A stretch of 64,000 bases of DNA. Source: Octopus sinensis. Lineage: Eukaryota. The translations under genes were made by a program, and so were the position numbers. The notes below the pieces were generated by a model. That model did not search any database. It saw nothing but the letters and a program-made list of their open reading frames with translations, and was not told where the DNA came from. The DNA lies in contig NC_043016.1 in NCBI RefSeq assembly GCF_006345805.1, positions 20,460,001 to 20,524,000 of the forward strand. The letters are read 5' to 3'. Positions 25,401 to 40,400 of this stretch are shown in pieces. The stretch's first letter is position 1. Every line of letters begins with the position of its first letter.

Positions 25401-28400
25401 CTACTGCTTCCTATTCCTCGATTCACTTTTTTTGCCATCTATAACACATTTCCTTTTGAACAGTAAACCCTTCTATATAGCTAACCACACCACAACTTCT
25501 CCTCCAGGTCAATCACTGCTGATGTCCATCACATTCTCTGACTATTTTTAAGGCTATCCATTACACATACACTCTCTCTCTCTCTCTCTCTCTAGCTCCC
25601 ATTAGTGTCTCTCCTGTTAGTCTCTGCTTTTACTGTATTTCTCATTACTCTCTACCATTACTGTCAATTTATTTTCTCCCTTCTTTCGTATCCTCTTTTC
25701 CCACACCTTGACATACTCTACTCTTCTTTCTTCATCTCATCCTGGTTCATCTCCTGTAGTTGCCCTCCTGTCTATGCACTCTATAGTTTGCATTGAAAGA
25801 AACAAATAGAGATAACATGGAATTGTGAAAACTCTTTAACCTTTTCGATACCAACTCGGCTGAAACCACCTCTGGCTCTGTAGTACAAATGCCTTGTTTT
25901 CATAAGTTTTGAATTAAAATCCTCCACCAAACCTTAGTCAAAGTTTATGTTCCTAACACTAGCAGAATGATGACTAAGTTACTTTACTAAATTCTTTGTT
26001 GTATTTAAAATTAATTGAAAGAAACACAGAGCATCTTAACAGAAATACAGTAATGAAAGGGTTAAAATATATAATAGAGAAACAATTCTTGACCCTTTTG
26101 ATACTAACCTGGCTGAAACTGGCTCTGAGTACAAATGTCTTGTTTCCACAAGTTTTGAATTAAAATCTCCCACTAAAGCTTAGTCACAATTTATGTTCCT
26201 AACCCTAGCTGAATGATAACTAAGTTATTTTACTAAATTCTTTGTTATATTTAAAATTAATTGAAAGAAACACAGAGCATCTCAACAGAAATACAGTAAC
26301 AGAAGGGTTAATCTTTTTGAGGATGTGACAACCTCTCTAGAGCTGGTGCTACAATAAAATGCACCCCAATAGCCTTTGTAAAATGATTGTTTTATGAAGG
26401 GCATCCAGCTAGAGAAATTATTCCATTAAATTCTGTATTATAACAATTTAGTTCTTGTCTTCCATTTTGTAGTTTGACAACTCACCATAGTATTAATGTT
26501 AAAATGAAAGTTAACATTTAGAGGTTGTTACACGATCGAGTAACATTCAAATTTTTGAACAATCGATCCAGCAGGTTAACTTTACATCTATTCTTCTTTG
26601 AAATTATTATCTGTATTTGTTTATTAAAATATTAATAATTAATCATCATCATCGTTTAACGTCCGCTTTCCATGCTAGCATGGGTTGGACGATTTTGACT
26701 GAGGACTGGCAAACCAGATGGCTGCACCAGGCTCCAATTTTGATCTGGCAGAGTTTCTACAGCTGGATGCCCTTCCTAACGCCAACCACTCTGAGAGTGT
26801 AGTGGGTACTTTTTATGTGTCACCGGCACGGGGGCCAGTCATGCGGTATTGGCAATGACCTTGCTCAAATCTTTTTACACATGCCACTGGCACAGGTGCC
26901 AGTAAGGCGACGTTGGTAACGATCACGTTTAAGTACCAGACATGTACTAGGGGTGATGTAATCAACCAGCCCATGTCTTATGGTATTTATTTTTTACAAT
27001 AGATCCTTTATTGAAATATATTTCTTTTTTTAGATTTTCAGAGATTCATCATTTTGCAAAACCAAATGACGATCGGGCATTACAACTGATGACCTATTCT
27101 GCCCAGTCAGTTATGGATGAATACAAAGATATCATTTTATGTTATGGACAGAGTGATGAATATAGCTTTGTTTTCAAGAAAAACACAAAACTTTTCTGCC
27201 GGCGTGCCAGGTAAAGTTTATTGCCATTTTAATGAGTTTTCTTTTAAAGTATATCAATGTAGATGGTGGGTTTTTCAGATTTTGGCAAGCTGCATATGAA
27301 TTTCAATGTTGTTTGTTGTGCTTGTACTTCATTTATAATTTGATTCAGTTTTTTTCCCCCCTGCTTTTCACATGTGCTTTCTCTTTTCTGCTGTTTATTG
27401 TTTTGTCTGTTTTAACAGATCTCAAGATTTTTATCTTTACTTTCTAACACACACTTGTACATTTTACTACATTAATCAAACATGTTTCATCAACATTATG
27501 TTTCAATACAATCATATACAATATATTGAAATTTCCTTTTTTATGAAACATGCACTGTGCATCATCATCAATTTTCCAAGTTTTTTTTATTTTTATCAAT
27601 AGCTTTTGAGCTTCCAGTATCAGCTTTGTATCAGATGAATGAGACAGTGTTAACATTTCTACTGTTCCAATATGAGTTTTATATTTTCTTAATCTTTCTT
27701 CTGTATTCATTTTATGTGTGTCCTTCATTTTTTTTGTCTGATGACTCTGTATCACCATCCTTTCTGTACTGTCAGTCATCACTCCTTCTTTTAGTCATAT
27801 GTTATTAATACCTATCGCTTACACTTTCTGCTTTTACTGTATTTCTCATTACTCTCTACCATTACTGTCAATTTATTTTCTCCCTTCTTTCGTATCCTCA
27901 TCACTCTTTTCCCACACCTTGACATACTCTACATTCGGTCCGGGGCCTATGGATAATTACCAAAAGTCCCTGACCTGGCAATGTTACAGAGGAGCTTTAC
28001 CATCATATACACAAAGTAAAGCAAAAAGCAAAATGAAGTAATAAGTTTGGTGTCAAATCAGCACTGACAAATAAGTGGGGCCAAAATGACTATCAAAATG
28101 TCACATACCTGTGATATATTGGCATAGCAGACCTATCCTATATATTCCAGCATAAAATATAAAGCATAAGTGTTCAAATCAATGATAACAGGGAATAACT
28201 TAAGAGACAAAAATGATAATCAGAAACCAAGATAGACTCATAAATCTAGTAATTTAGGATATAGGATGAACATTATCAAAATCAAATTCAACAACTGGCA
28301 TCAGTGCTAGCGGGGTGCAAAGAGCATCATCGTTGACAGAGTGGCTAACCAGCTTCCATGCCAGTGGCACATAAAAGGGTACCATTCGAGTGTGATTGTT

Positions 28401-31400
28401 ACCAGCATTGCCTTACTGGCACTTGTGCCCGTGCTAGTAGGGTGCCAAGAGCACCATCTGGGCGTGATTGTTGCCAGAGCAGCCAACTAGCTCCGAGCCG
28501 GTGGCACGTAAAAGAGCACCATTTGAGCGTGACCGTTACCAGCATTGCCTTACTGGCACCTGTGCTGGTGGCACATGTAAAAAGATTCAATCGAGGTCAT
28601 TGCCAGTAACGCCCGACTGGCCCTGTACCGGTGGCACATAAAAAGCACCCACTATACTCTCGGAGTGGTTGGCGTTAGGAAGGGCATCCAGCTGTAGAAA
28701 CTCTGCCAGATCAAGATTGGAGCCTGGTGCGGCCATCTGGTTCACCAGCCCTCAGTCAAAATCGTCCGACCCATGCTAGCATGGAAAGTGGACGTTAAAC
28801 AATGATGATGATGATGATGATTATCTGAATCAACACTAAAATAAGATTAGACAGAACAGCAGTGCCTCATAAATTCTTAAATGAAGCATCCTTTGTAAAA
28901 GACATTATCATAGAAGGAGTTAATTGTTTACCTCTTTTTTTCCCTTTTTGTATTTCTTTATAGCAAGCTTATGACTAATGTTGTCAGTTTGTTCACATCG
29001 ACATTTGTGTTCACATGGTCTCGATACTTCAGCACTCAAGATCTTAAATACCCACCTTCTTTTGATGCCCGAACTATATGTTACCCATCTGACCAAAATT
29101 TGAAAGACTATCTCAGCTGGCGGCAAGCTGACTGTAAGTTAGAATTTCTTTGATCAAACTTTAATGCTTTGAATATATAGCTTTGACTATATACAAAATA
29201 TGTCAACTTAAAGTATATTTTCTTTCAGAAATTTGGAAATATTATATAAAATATCTTTAGTGTATGTTGTTTTAAACTGATTTAATAGTATCCTTGGGAA
29301 CATTTCCAAGAGGTAGATCATGTGAAATTTTTTGGTATCTCTTTTTTGTTGTGAGCAGTATACGTCATACTCCCATACCAACAATTCTGCACAAATGTAT
29401 ATGCTTTGAGGAGAGGGGTGTCTTGTACACATACTGTCATGGTAGAAAACAAGACTCCTTTAAGGGAGATGCACGTGGCACCATAACAAGATGCTCAGAC
29501 ACTCACTAATACACTGGAAGAATAGAGATACAAATAATGCTAACCACAAAGAAAATCAACGTCATCAACCAATTTCTTAGGGTGAAAATCTGTTAACTAC
29601 TGCAAAAACATGAAATTTATAACAAAAGGTCCAAATATGGACTTTAAAAGATCCACTATCTAATCAATATGGAGAAAGTTCACAGCCATTGGAATAAGAG
29701 GAAGGGAGAGAAAGGCAACTGCTTACAGAATGGGAGAGGTAGCAGAAAGAATCTCTTATTGGTTATGGAGCAAGGAGAGAGATGAGCTAAGTTGGAGATT
29801 GGCAGTGAGTTTGTTACCACTGTCAGCAGGTGAGTATTATGGTTCAGGATCAGAGCACCCAATGATCATTAGACAATCTAGTAACATCATCTCCTCCTGG
29901 TCAAGGCTATTCTCACCAAAGGTGAATGAAGGAGAAACACCATTTTGATATAATCATACTCTAAACAGAAACTTGGTACTTTAATTTGTATGGAGTGATT
30001 GTAATTAATGCTATATGAAACAAATTTCTAGGACAGTTCCTGTAATTTTAAGTACTTAAAAATACATTACTCTTTTATGCCTGACTATTTTTAAAAAATC
30101 ATTTTAGGTCATATTAATAATCTTTACAACACCTGTTTCTGGAAACTTGTCCAGGAAAAGAGTCTCTCACCAGCTGAATCTCAAGCAAGATTAAAAGTAA
30201 TTAATTCTTTTTCATATTATAATTTTAACCGCATATATAATGAATGCTATTTTGTTTCTTTCTTGTAGCTGTAACCCCAAATTTGATTGTATTTCTTATC
30301 AGGTCCCTGTCCTGTATTTTCTTTACATTGGTGTATTTTCACTAATATCTACTGCTTTTTCAGGATCATACCTCTATGACCTATCACACACTAATTATCA
30401 GTCATTATCATTTTGAACAAATACCATTATTTCCTAGTTGTAATCTGATTATATATGAATATTTCAAGCAATAGGTGATGTTCTGTCCAGAGAAAGATTT
30501 ATCATCAACTTTTTGGCATAAAAGTGGAATTAAAAGCTGATGTTTTAAATAGAGTCTTTGGGCTGAGGAGGCACACATTATAATTGTATGACAAAACTGT
30601 CTAAGTTTTCAGTTTTTCATACAATATTTGACAATGATGAGCTACTTTGCTCATTATTAATGAAATTGTATGTAATTTATTAAATTTTTGAAAAGTATAG
30701 TACACTTTTTAGTTGTAAAGTGTTAGAATTTTTTAAATGTGTTCTATGTAGAATGGTGGTTTTCAGAACTAGAATAGTAGGACTCCCAGCATCTGTTATT
30801 GTTATTGTTACTCATAATTTGTGATTTGAGGTGTAATTATTTGAAAGTACAAAGTGGCAAATTTCTGGAGACTTTTGAACTGAACAAAATGCCTTACACT
30901 ATTTGTTCTAGCATTTTACATTCTGATTTCTGTTGTCACTGATGTCAAATTCACTTCCCACCTGTTTTGGGCTTGGTGAAAACATGCTAACAGCTTGTTA
31001 CTCGTTTTTCCTCATTTCTCGATCTGTTTAATCTCATTCTTATTACCATTACTTTCGTCCTTCTGTCCCCAAACAAAACTTTGCTTGTTCGCAGTGCGCC
31101 CGCCCTTTTCTGCCCCTACCACCAATACCGGATATCTCTATCTTCCCACCATCTACACTGGATATCCCTTCTCCCACCACCATTATCTTTGTCTATTCTC
31201 CTAAGCCCTCCTCCTCACTGGGCTGTTCTCTATATATTACCTGCACTTCTCTCTCTCCTAGGACAATTGCAACCATCCTGGTTGCTCATCCACCCACCCA
31301 CTTAATCAGTTATCTTACGTTTCCTTCTGTCTAGAAATTTGTCACCACAACCTACCGGTTATCTCTTCTCCCAATTCCCCCTCCTCACTGGTGATGTTCC

Positions 31401-34400
31401 CTATATTACCTGCACTCTCTCTTTCTCTATCTCTCTACTAGGACAAATGCAACCAGATATTCGCATTAAATGTTTATGCTTACGGATTTTTTCCATTTTC
31501 TTTTTAATTAATCTGGTGGTGTGAATATGTTCCTTCAGATCAAGACAAGCAATGTCTTTGAACTTATTTCCAAGAAACAATCCCGCCACTGATTTAGTAG
31601 AAGTCTTCCAAACTAATAAGAAATCTTCAGTTAGTTCTAGAAATACATCATCATTGAAGGTTCTACCCATCTGGACATAGTGTATTTATAACTTCATTAT
31701 CTAATGTATCCTTCCATTTTTAAGATTATAGAATATGGTTTGATGGAGAAGTCCCTTCATAGCTTTCTTAGATGATATAGTTACTGTAGGGATTACATCT
31801 TCAGAATTATTTTCGTACTAGAAAGATATTTTTATATAGAATTACGGTACTGGATTGTAAATGAGAATCTGCTACATCAAATACAAGTTTTAGATGTATT
31901 GGAAAAAAAATCGATACACTTAGTGAAATGTATTTAATTGGATGAAATGATATGAAATGGTTTGGAGTTTAGTGCTTATTCTTCTTTACCTTTGGGAGAT
32001 TAAAGAGAGGTGAAAGGGCAGTAACACTGACATTTTGCAGTGTCTTTGTGGCTTGATGAGGAAGAAAGCAACATATTAAACTATCAAATTATTCTAAAAC
32101 CAGAAACTTAGAACAAATGCTTACAACAGAGTATGGTGGAGGCGCAATGGCCCAGTGGTTAGGGCAGCGGACTCGCGGTCATAGGATCACGGTTTCGATT
32201 CCCAGACCGGGCGTTGTGAGTGTTTATTGAGCGAAAACACCTAAAGGTCCACGAGGCTCCGGCAGGGGATGGTGGTGATCCCTGCTGTACTCTTTCACCA
32301 CAACTTTCTCTCACTCTTACTTCCTGTTTCTGTTGTACCTGTATTTCAAAGGGCCCGCCTTGTCACTCTCTGTGTCACGCTGAATATCCCCGAGAACTAC
32401 ATTAAGGGTACACGGGTCTGTGGAGTGCTCAGCCACTTGCACGTTAATTTCACGAGCAGGCTGTTCCGTTGATTCGGATCAACCGGGACCCTCGTCGTCG
32501 TAACCGACGGAGTGCTTCCACCACAACAAAGTAGTTCCCAATTAGAATATTCAAAGTCTACTTGGTAGTGGCGGCATTAAATCTAGTAATGAAATAAATC
32601 TAACTCCAAAAAACATATGGTCTAATGGGTTTCCGTACTTTCTATCTACTGAATTTTACTCACAAGACAAGGACTAACCTGAAGCTTGTGTTAATGTGCT
32701 GGGCAGTGAATCGAACCTGTAGCAATGAAGTTAACTTATTAACCTATTTCTTTACTACCCACAAGGGGCTAAACACAGAGGGGACAAACAAGGACAGACA
32801 AACGGATTAAGTCGATTACATCAACCCCAGTGCGTAACTGGTACCTAATTTATCAACCCCGAAAGGATGAAAGGCAAAGTCCACCTCAGAGGAATTTGAA
32901 CTCAGAACGTAACGACAGACGAAATACATGTTTCTTTATTACCTACAAGGGGCTAAACACAGAGGGGACAAACAAGGACAGACAAACGGATTAAGTCGAT
33001 TACATCAACCCCAGTGTGTAACTGGTACCTAATTTATCAACCCCGAAAGGATGAAAGGCAAAGTCCACCTCAGAGGAATTTGAACTCAGAACGTAACGAC
33101 AGACGAAATACATGTTTCTTTATTACCTACAAGGGGCTAAACACAGAGGGGACAAACAAGGACAGACAAACGGATTAAGTCGATTACATCAACCCCAGTG
33201 TGTAACTGGGACCTAATTTATCAACCCCGAAAGGATGAAAGGCAAAGTCAACCTTGGTGGAATTTGAACTCAGAATGTAACAGCAGACAAAATACTGCTA
33301 AGCATTTCACCCAGTGTGCTAACGTTTCTGCCAGCTCACCGCCTTAAGTTAACTTATTAACCATTAGGTAATGCCTCTTCTCCAACTTAAAGTTTGAGTT
33401 ATTAAATCAATTATTTCATTATATGTTCCAGGGAACTCTTTCAAGTGACAAGAATGAGATGTTATTCACAGAGTTTAATATAAATTACAACAACCTTCCT
33501 GAAATATATAGAAAAGGTACAATTCTCATCCGGCAGAAGGTAAAGTAATTTTTATTTCTATTCTTTTTCCATTTTGCAATGTCATTTATTTGCTCTTTTT
33601 GTTTTTAATATTTTATAAAAGTAATATATAACTTTAATTCAAGTTTGGGTCATATGGTGATATGTGAAAAAGCAAAATCAAATGACCTGAAAATCAGAAT
33701 ATTGAAAATTTGAAAGACTGAATATTCTGAACATGAAATTTTGAAATATTTCTTTGTAAAATATCTATTTACAGTTTTAAAAGGAATTTTTTTTTAAAGA
33801 AACATATTGTAATATATCAGTTTATCTTTATTTTGTTTGTTTTTTGAATCTACAGCAGAATAACTATTTTGGTAAAAAAAAAACTACTGTTTTAAAATGG
33901 AGTTTATTTGAGAAACATATATCCATTTATTTTAAGCCCTATCAGAATAATTATTCTAGGGAAAATAAGAGGAATGTGGTTTTAAAAACATTTTAAAGCA
34001 AAGTTTATGTGATTAACATTGTAAAATTTACTTTTTTATTATGTTCTGTGAAAATAATATAGCATATGAGATAAAGTGGTTTGTTTACTTACAAAATAGT
34101 TGTAGGAATACAATATACAAGAGGGTATCCAAAAGCAACTGGAAAAGTTTTCTGTGGGACAAACCAATTGTATTTCAGGCTTCTGCTGATAGAAGCCACT
34201 TGATGTGACCCTCAGGCATCAGTCTGCCAGCTGGCAGCATCAGGTGAAGTCTTACTGCACTTGGTGCGTCTTTTTGCAGTGCTTCTCCCATGTTCATTGA
34301 TTTTTGCGATGGCTGAAACAAATGAACAATGTGTTTCCATGAAATTCTGTTTTCTGCTGGGGAAAATGGTAGCCAAAACAGTTGTCATGCTCAAACAGCT

Positions 34401-37400
34401 TACAAGAACACCGCTATGAACAAAACACATGTTTATGAGTGGTTTCCACACTTTAGAAATGGTTACTTGTCACTTGAAGACTGACCTTGTTCAGGATGAG
34501 TGTTGACACCCACTTCACCCCCAATGAACAAAAACATCATGAAAATTTAAGAACTTATCTTGGAGGACCATCACCAAACAATTAACAAACTTGTTGATAT
34601 GAATGGTGTGTCCTAAAACTCCTGCCTCATTTCAGGTGAGGAATTGCAAATGAAAAGAGTTGCAGCCAAATTTGTGCCTTACCTGCTTACAAAAGATCAA
34701 AAGTAGTCCAACTGTATTATGAACTGAAAGAACAGTTGTAAGTTGATCCGGACCTTTTTTTGAAAGTCATCACAAATCAAACTCGGTGACTGGCATCTGT
34801 TGCTAGTGGAGCGCTAAGAGTACCATACGAGTGAGATCGTTGCCAGAGCAATAACTTTTTAATCTTTACTGTTCAGCTGTTTTAAGAACACCAGATTTGA
34901 TAAAAGTATCATTAATGTGACATAAGTTGGCAGTGGGAACAATTATAAATCCAACAACTGCTGACAGGTTGGTAGATTTAATAGTTGAATTGAAATTTTT
35001 CAATTTATGAAAAATATACACAGTTATGAGGGATGAGAAATGATCACCACCAGATGAATTTAAAGTTAGAATATCATTAATACCTGCTGCAATCTTAATG
35101 AATAATGGACAGGCAAAAAATTGAGAATATTACATGACACCCCACTTGACAATATAAATATATAAATATTCTCTTGCTGTTTGTAATTGTTAAAATTACT
35201 GCACCTCAAGTCCCCTACAAAAACACACAGATTCTGCATCTGGGATTCTGTGAAAATTCATCTACTATTTTCAGAGAATTACGAGAAACTGAAATGGTTC
35301 ACTTAAAATGTCAGAAACTATGGGAACAGTAGTTAGTAAGTGTCAGGTCAGTAATAAGAACATATATGTGTTTACAAGGGTGTAAAAATTATGAAATATA
35401 AACAAACAAATGTATTATTTTATAGAACTTTCTAATTGATATACATTAAGTTGCTTCAGAAGTTCATAGGACAGTCGAGTCTTTTTTATCGTGAATCTTT
35501 AATAATTGCCATTGTTTCTATATATAAGAATAGTATTGTCATCTTATGTAGCCTTTAGTTTTCAGACTATTTTCTAACTTCACTCTGACATTTCCAGTAG
35601 CTAGCAGTGTAGTTGCATAGAAATGGAGATTTCCTTTGTCAATATAAACAATTCTTTCATTTTTTCCCTATTCTTCTCCACTGATATTTTTCTCCATTAA
35701 TGCGGAAAATAATCAAGGTGACAGATATAGAAACATGGTGTTATCCACCTAATTAAAACAGAAAAATAAAACAAGATGTGAGATGTGCATTGCGTTTTCA
35801 TTCTTCTCTTCAATTTTATGAATCATGTGTGCACATATGCATTGCGTGTTCATACTTCTTTTTCTGGTTCCTGCTCAAAACTGTTTACAGGTCACGACCA
35901 TCTCATGGACCTATGGTCATGAGGAGTGCTTCGCACTTCAATGCTTGTGAAAAATAAGTACTGGGGTTGATTCGTAGCCATAATCTAATGACTGAAACAA
36001 GTAAAAGAATACCAAATGATTTACAAGATGAATTTTTATAAACTTGTGCACTTACTTATTTCCTTTCATACTATTAACATATAATTCAGTTTTTCTATCA
36101 TTTGATTTTGATTTGTATCAAAAAGAAAATTTTTAAATAATGAGAGAATTTCAAGAATGGAAGTACTCCATAATAAACATTTTATTTATGCTGTCTTCAG
36201 TATTGTATTTTTGTATTTTTATTTTGTACTTGAAATTGCACACCATATCCCATTTCATTGACATAGCATAGTAAAAGTAGACATGTTATTTTAAATTCCA
36301 TTTCAAAGCCATAAGTAAATGTCTTTTAAGGTCATTTTTCACATTATTTTCCCAAAAGATGTTTCAAAATTCAAAGTTTTGGCTATTTCGTCAGTGAAGC
36401 TTAATCACATTTGTCTACTTGCATTTGGTCTCATGATCAGCACCCTTTTTGTTCATGTCTATTTGTTTACCTTTTAAAATTAAGGAATTATATTCAAATG
36501 TAGGCAAACTATTTAGGTATCTATTATGAAGAAAACTTCAAGTGTCAGATAATTATTGGCTGAGGGTTTATAAACTTGCAAGCTGATTTAATTTCTGCCA
36601 ACACTGACTTCAAGTATGTAATAGCAGCCAATAACTCGGGCTCCTTTCATTGAGCCTGGTCGCAGTCCATTTATCTTTGTTCAGCATCTGGTGGTCATCA
36701 TAGAGGTGCATTGTGTCAAAAAATATCATTCGTAACAGACATTCTCTTTGACACCTGATTCTAGCTCAGAGTTTCAGCACAAGTTGTAATCTATAATCGT
36801 AAAAAATTTAAGTAATTCAAATTCAGTGTTTTCTTGAAATAATAAATTTCTATACAGATTAGGACTTAAATTCCAATCTATGAAAAGTTTCTGTTCTACA
36901 ATATTCTTTAAGTAACGAAAAATTATCCAGCAAATCGGGCTAATAAGAACGAGCTTAGTAGGTGTAAAAGACTAACTGGTGTCTCTTGTCAAGAGTACAG
37001 GCGACGGTCAGATCGCTGATGTTTGTTGTGCACTCTGCTGTTATTCTGTGCGTCAGTTGTGTTTTGCAGGGTTGCTTTATTTTTACCCTTAACTTAGAAA
37101 TGGAGAAAGACATAATGTTAGGTATAAAAAAATAAACCATTTGGTGCAGAAAAATGTGAAATTCTTTGAGCAGGCATTTATTTTGTGAAATCTGTGATGA
37201 GCCTGAGTGACAAAATCTGTGATGAGCCCAATTGACACTGATGACCTGGAGTCACCTCTGTTTCTATTTTTTTGGATATTTCAGAAAATTTTTGTGAATT
37301 TGTGTTCTACAGATGGGAATTCATATGATTATGGAAAAAATAAATTTTTTTTAAAAAAAGCAAATCCTAAAATGTTCACTTTTTCCAAATATTTTTTTAA

Positions 37401-40400
37401 ATAGAGTTTAAATTATGGACAGTCTGAGTTTTTTGCTTAATGGACCACTCTTGGGTGCATCATCATTCCATTGTATGTTTTTACAGGGAGAAAAATATTT
37501 AAAAACATCAATACATATCAGAGTGACAAAGAAACAAGGAAGATGGTTGTGGGATGTGCTAAGAACAACTGCTAAGTTGCCCTTAAATCACACAAAAAAT
37601 TTTGTTTTCTTTTGCATAATCTTATGAACACCTGTGTATAGAAGACAAATTCACAAAAATTTTCTGAGAATTGTGAAGAATAAAAAAGTTATGAATTTTG
37701 CCAGGCATCTTAAAATAGACACTAAAGGCAAAACAATTTTCAAAAAAGTTATAACCTATTTCAAGAAAAATATTTCCCTTAGAAATTTTATTGTGCTAAT
37801 GACAGTGTTCCATCCATGATTAGCAGAATAAAGGGTTTTATTGCATATTTGAAAAATGCTGTGCCTGAAGGATTTTACATGTGCTATGTAATACCCTGGC
37901 AACGCTTAGTTGCAAAACAATTAAGTGGATGTCTTCAAGATACTCTTAGTATTGTAATAAAAGTTCATCATTATCATCATCATTTAACGTCTGATTTCTG
38001 TGCCGGCATGGGTTGGACGGCTTGACTAGAACTGTTAAGCCAGAGAACTACACCAAGTTCCAGTCTGAATTTGGTTTGGTTTTTATGGCTGGATGTCCTT
38101 CCTAATGCCAACTACTCCAAGAGTGTAATGTGTGCTTTTTACGTGTAACTAGCATGAGTGCTTTTATATATCACCCGCACAGAAGCTGTTATGTGTTACC
38201 AGTACTGGCTACAACTATGATTTCACTTGGCTTGATGAGTCTTCTCAAGCACTTAAATATATTAAATGAAATTCTTTACAAGACATATTTCATGAATTCT
38301 GTTATCAAAATGAAGAGTTTGCCCTGTAACTCACACAGAGGTGAGATGGTTATCAAAAGGTAATTGTTTACAGAGTTTTGTTGCATTTTGGGACATTATT
38401 GTTTCATTTCTAGCTCACAACAATCTTGGCCAACAGATGGTTGCAGCTAAATGTGATATATTTTATTTATCAGATATATTTGATAAAATTAATTTGTTTA
38501 ACCCTTTCGTTACTGTATTTATTTTGGGATGCATTGTGTTTCTTTCAATTACTTTAAATATAACAAAGACTTTAGTAAAATAACTTACTTATCATTAAGC
38601 TAGTGTTATGAACATAAATTGTGACTTATAAAAACAAGACATTTGTACTCAGAGCCAGAGCCGGTTTCAGCTGGGTTGGTAACGAAAGAGTTAATAAACA
38701 GCTTCAAGGAGAAAGCTCAGGTCTCATATCCTCCAAAGGAGCTATTAATGCTTTTTCTAGGGAAAGTACTTCTTTAGAAAATGAATATTGTAAATTGTGT
38801 ATTATTAGTTTCTTAGTTTGGAATCAATTAACAGTAATCTGCATGTTGTTGATATGCAAGCTCAGTTTAGTGACCTACTGAAGTTAAATAAACCACGTTG
38901 GGTGACACTTCCTTTTGAAGTTAATGTTGCTGATATAGATATGTTTGCAGGAGAAGCTCATTGAATTGCAGAATGATGAAATATCTCAGGCAAGATTTAA
39001 AGATGAGGAACATAACATATGGAAAAGTAATGACACTACTACAAAGTATCTATTACCCTGGGAGAAAGTGCAGTTGTCCTTTACTGCTTTTCTTTCATCT
39101 TACCTTGTTGAGTCTGGTTTCAGCTGTGTCACTAACTTACTTTCGACTTGACATTGTAGAAAGAGGTGATCTTTGATTATCATTGACATTGGTGGAGCCA
39201 AATATTGCAAAACTAGAAGAGCAGTATCAACCACAAGGCTCGCATTAAATAAAGTAGCACTAAAGTACTGTCTTCTTTTAATAAATATGTCCATGTTTAT
39301 TTATGACTCATTTTATTTGTAAACATTCATTTTCCATAGAATTTAGTTGTTATAAAATAGGAATCAAAGGGATCCACAGGTAAAAAGTGGTCGAGAAACC
39401 CTGTTCTAGGGCCTTCGTTTCTCTTCATTCCATGTCATAACTGTAGCTTCCATGTATATCAGTTTAGCTTTCATGATGTTTTGTTTGTTCATTGAAGTCA
39501 TGAGCCATGATAAAGGGGTAACTGACATCCGTTATTTAGATAATTTAAAAAAGGTCTTAAATAATTGGTTCTTTTGTTCATCTGTCAGTCTTGGTTGTGG
39601 TGTGTACGCAGAGATCACTGTTGCTGTTGCTTTGCTTATGACAACTAATCTATACTTAATTAGTCTGTCACTTTCTCTGAATATTTAATTTTCTGCCAAC
39701 AATTTGTCTACCCTATTTACTCTTGCAGCCTTAACAAGGTGTAACTCTGTATATGCAAATAGAGCTTTCAACTATATTTGATTGTTGTTTCTACACATTT
39801 TTCCTTTTTTTTAAAGCTAGGTGCCCTTCTTATCACAAACCACTTTCGCATGGATTGAGTGCATTTTATCATGCCATCCTCATAAGAGAGGCTTTCTAAC
39901 CAAAATAAAAACATCCCATCTACACTTAGTTTTTATTTAGAATTATTGCCTTCCAGTATATAGTTGTTATTTAGAGTTATTGCTTTCCTGTATAGTTTGC
40001 TTTCATTTCAGCTTACTGAGTCCACATGTTTTCATGTAGAATTTTATTCATATGTAATTCTCTTCCCGTGAGGTTTGTCTTCTCTACAACCTGCCAAGTT
40101 TGTGTTTCCCTGTGTAGAATTTTATTCAGAGTTCTATTTTGAACAGTTGCCAGAGAGTTGTGACCTAGATAGATTGCTTTCATTACAGCTGTAGAACCAC
40201 ATTTAACGACTGCTCAGAAGGGCACTAACATTGTAGTATCATACCATTTGTAGCTCTTTCTATTTAGGTTAGAGGCTTGTAAATGATACTGTCTGTATGG
40301 TATTGAAAGGGAAGGAATTGGCAAAAGCTGTTTCAGTGACATTCTATAAGAAGAGTTGCTAAGAAGCTGAGCAAAGCGACTTCATCTTGGTCAGGATAGT

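Noticed and set aside
32136-32215. tRNA-like sequence with A and B boxes
   Set aside because: No proper acceptor stem or terminator; it continues into a roughly 300-nt body with TSDs and has a relative at 56211-56489, so it is a SINE head.
32747-33345. Regular repeats suggestive of a CRISPR array (also 17682-18209)
   Set aside because: No unique spacers and no cas genes; units are whole SINE segments in eukaryotic DNA.
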